DNA of 64,000 nucleotides from a virus: IMG/VR virus record IMGVR_UViG_3300045988_171858; one strand, 5' to 3'. Shown piece by piece: positions 61,885 to 64,000 of this stretch (position 1 is its first letter; each line of letters starts with the position of its first letter). The notes under the pieces were generated by a model. It saw only the letters and a program-made list of their open reading frames with translations, ran no database searches and was not told where the DNA came from. The position numbers and the translations under genes were made by a program.

Positions 61885-62844
61885 ATGACCGACACTACAA
61901 ATATATCAGGTGAATCTGGTGACACTCGTAGACAAGGTTCGACAGCGGTAGTAGAAAATAAGAAGGCGATTTCCGAGTATGTAGGGTATGGCGAAGTCCC
62001 CTTTATAGCAGAGGATAACGACGGGTTGTTTCTATACATTCCGTCTGTTATTCCGGCAGAAGAAGCCACAGAAGAACAGGTGGCTTCCTACCTTAAAACG
62101 CTTGCACCAATCTCCATTTCGATTTATCGTTATAATAACAATCCAGTTGACACTACTCAAATTATTCGTGGCGAAAAATGGGTTGATTCAAAAGTATATG
62201 ACCCGGGCGTCCTATATAATTTGGAGGCCAAGAAAATCGACATCAAAGAGGAAAGTATAGTTCTGGGCGCTAAATCTGCACGAGGTCTTGAATCTGATAC
62301 ATTCGAAGTTAAGTTCTCTGAGCCTAATAATTGCTGCCTGGATAAATCTGTATTGAACAAAGATTCAGCAAACGGTTGTACAATCATTAAGACGGATATA
62401 GAGTACAAAGTAACCGGCGGTAATTTCGACCCAACTGTTATTTGTTCTAGAATTGAGGCCGAAGACCTGATAGACAGTCTGAACTCTATCGGTGCAATCA
62501 TCGGTATTCAAGACGGCTTTAACGCCGGCGGTATTGAATGGTGGTTAATTGACGCAGGTAAGGTTACAGACAACGAGGGTAATGTTATTCGTTATCCTGA
62601 CCAGTTTGCAAGAACGGAGTCTTACAACTTTGACCCGGGCGACTCGTTCAAGAAAGACGACCGTAAATCCGAAGTTAAGGTTGAGGTTCCTCCTCCGACT
62701 GTTAGTCATGAATTTAATCCGACCGTTCCTTCTAAGCCAACTCCGGTTAAACCGACTCCGCTATCAACGGACTCTAATGATGCTAGACGATTCACAAATC
62801 TGGACTTCGTAAGAGACCCATACTTACCAGGATTTAGACAATGA
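61885..62844 (+). CDS. hypothetical structural protein (319 aa)
   Basis: ORF track. Confidence 0.7.
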   Translation: MTDTTNISGESGDTRRQGSTAVVENKKAISEYVGYGEVPFIAEDNDGLFLYIPSVIPAEEATEEQVASYLKTLAPISISIYRYNNNPVDTTQIIRGEKWVDSKVYDPGVLYNLEAKKIDIKEESIVLGAKSARGLESDTFEVKFSEPNNCCLDKSVLNKDSANGCTIIKTDIEYKVTGGNFDPTVICSRIEAEDLIDSLNSIGAIIGIQDGFNAGGIEWWLIDAGKVTDNEGNVIRYPDQFARTESYNFDPGDSFKKDDRKSEVKVEVPPPTVSHEFNPTVPSKPTPVKPTPLSTDSNDARRFTNLDFVRDPYLPGFRQ

Positions 62845-63524
62845 GTAGAGAACTAGAACTTAAACCGTGGCTTTTGAGAAGCGGTAAAATTTCAAATACT
62901 GACGGATGGGTTCTAGAGGCCTTTGCTGCTGTAAATCCAAGACTTGAAAAAGAGCTCAAGGATAACAACGTAGACATCAAAGATGTCTGCGCAGTAACAA
63001 AGGTCTATACAAACCCTTCTCAAACAAACTCCTTCAAGTATAATACGATTGCAGAAATTGAAACTGATGGCTGTCATATCGTAAACAAGGAGGGCGGGCC
63101 GCTTTCCATTTTATTCTCATATGGAAGAGTAGATCTTGCCCTATTGGAATTCTCTCAAACAGAAACAGTCGGCGTACCAGACGTACCATTCATTGTAAGA
63201 GAAAATACAGAGGCTGGTATCAAGGCAGCCTACTACAATCTAGTTGATAATGTAGAATTCTTAGAGGATGTAGCTGGTCAAGAAGGCGTTAAGAAATGGA
63301 AGGTGACAATCCGTCCAGATAACCGCGCCGCAATCTTTACTAGATGGGAAAAGAAAGTCAGAAGATACTACAACGAGTTTATAGTATACGCCAGACAATA
63401 CAAGGAAACGGATAACTTCAACAGTTCCGAACATCTTGGAGATCAAAACACAGGGGCTCAGGCTCAACCAGCTCCAGCAAGTCCTGCACCGCAGACAGAT
63501 CCTGCAGCAACTCCATCTCCATAA
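62841..63524 (+). CDS. hypothetical structural protein with Pro/Ala-rich C-terminus (227 aa)
   Basis: ORF track. ATGA overlap with the upstream gene. Confidence 0.7.
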   Translation: MSRELELKPWLLRSGKISNTDGWVLEAFAAVNPRLEKELKDNNVDIKDVCAVTKVYTNPSQTNSFKYNTIAEIETDGCHIVNKEGGPLSILFSYGRVDLALLEFSQTETVGVPDVPFIVRENTEAGIKAAYYNLVDNVEFLEDVAGQEGVKKWKVTIRPDNRAAIFTRWEKKVRRYYNEFIVYARQYKETDNFNSSEHLGDQNTGAQAQPAPASPAPQTDPAATPSP

Positions 63525-63551
63525 TAATCTCCGCCAGAAAGGTACATATCA

Positions 63552-64000
63552 ATGTCAGAAAGAAAATTAAGGCCAATAGACTGGAAGAAAACAGACGTAG
63601 AAAACTTCTCAGAGCTTATGGCCCAAGGGTTCGCTGATAGGAATATGGAATATCTTCCTGGCGGCCTTGTTTTAAAAAGACCAAAGTTTGTAGAAGACAA
63701 ATACGGCTCAAGTGAAATCCAGGTTATCGGCATTCCATTTAAAAATGTATTTGGTCAAACAAAATTCCGTTACCATCGTGTAACACTATCAGGGTTCGAA
63801 GCAGTATACAGACAACTGCTAGGAGATGAAACATCTCCAATCAGAATCGAAATGCAGGACAATAATGATGATAAAGTCCTAGAGGATACTAAGAAAGTTT
63901 TAGCTAAACGACTAGCAATCCTGCCGCAGCGTTTCGTATTGGAGCTAGTAGAAAAGAAAATGAAAGGTCCAGACAAGCCTCAATACAAATACAAATTCTA
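63552..64000 (+). CDS. hypothetical protein, 5' part (runs off the window end)
   Basis: My own translation from ATG 63552 (AAAGG RBS) reads MSERKLRPIDWKKTDVENFSELMAQGFADRN... and stays open to the window end. Not in the track because there is no stop. Confidence 0.6.
   Translation, partial: MSERKLRPIDWKKTDVENFSELMAQGFADRNMEYLPGGLVLKRPKFVEDKYGSSEIQVIGIPFKNVFGQTKFRYHRVTLSGFEAVYRQLLGDETSPIRIEMQDNNDDKVLEDTKKVLAKRLAILPQRFVLELVEKKMKGPDKPQYKYKF

Noticed and set aside
61885-61900. ACCGACAC core at the start of the 61885 gene (ATGACCGACACT).
   Set aside because: It is an isolated 8-mer inside a plus-strand CDS, with no partner arm and no T-tract, so it is a chance match to the CSE core.
1-64000. CRISPR arrays, integrase/attachment sites and transposase-type mobile elements.
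   Set aside because: I saw no regularly spaced 25-40-nt direct repeats with unique spacers, no tyrosine or serine recombinase motifs, and no IS-like inverted repeats flanking a transposase.

Overview
The window looks like part of a large tailed dsDNA phage genome, not a bacterial chromosome. It is gene-dense, uses Shine-Dalgarno-type RBSs, and shows no integrase or host flank. The host is probably a Gammaproteobacterium, judging from an E. coli-type MetRS, an E. coli-like sigma70 promoter consensus, and a YadA-type adhesin.

Layout:
- 1-34000: a long minus-strand block of early/middle genes. It holds partial metG, rIIA/rIIB, two very divergent single-subunit two-barrel RNA-polymerase-like proteins (941 and 1135 aa), a trimeric autotransporter adhesin, a NADAR protein, a SleB-like hydrolase, an RNase H-like protein, and many small membrane or hypothetical ORFs.
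- 34690-37466: a plus-strand operon ending in a lysis cassette with a GH24 lysozyme.
- 37504-38370: one minus-strand gene.
- 38.4-39.9 kb: an ORF-poor region with three near-consensus sigma70 promoters.
- 39895-64000: the plus-strand packaging/structural module. It holds an intein-containing protein, a TnsA-like nuclease, a DEDD exonuclease, large terminase, portal, a protease-scaffold fusion, an HK97-fold capsid protein, and tail/virion proteins.

Most notable observations:
1. Two paralogous YonO/crAss-type RNAP candidates with DxDGD motifs.
2. A strand-specific conserved ~35-nt stem-loop element (RRCCGGC...GTGTCGGTYYTTTTATGG), present in at least 17 copies between minus-strand genes.
3. A phage-borne YadA-like adhesin.
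4. A mini-intein next to a free-standing nuclease.
5. Several ORF-free regions with iteron-like repeats, a G-free tract and candidate ncRNAs.

All functional calls come from reading motifs by eye; no database search was possible.
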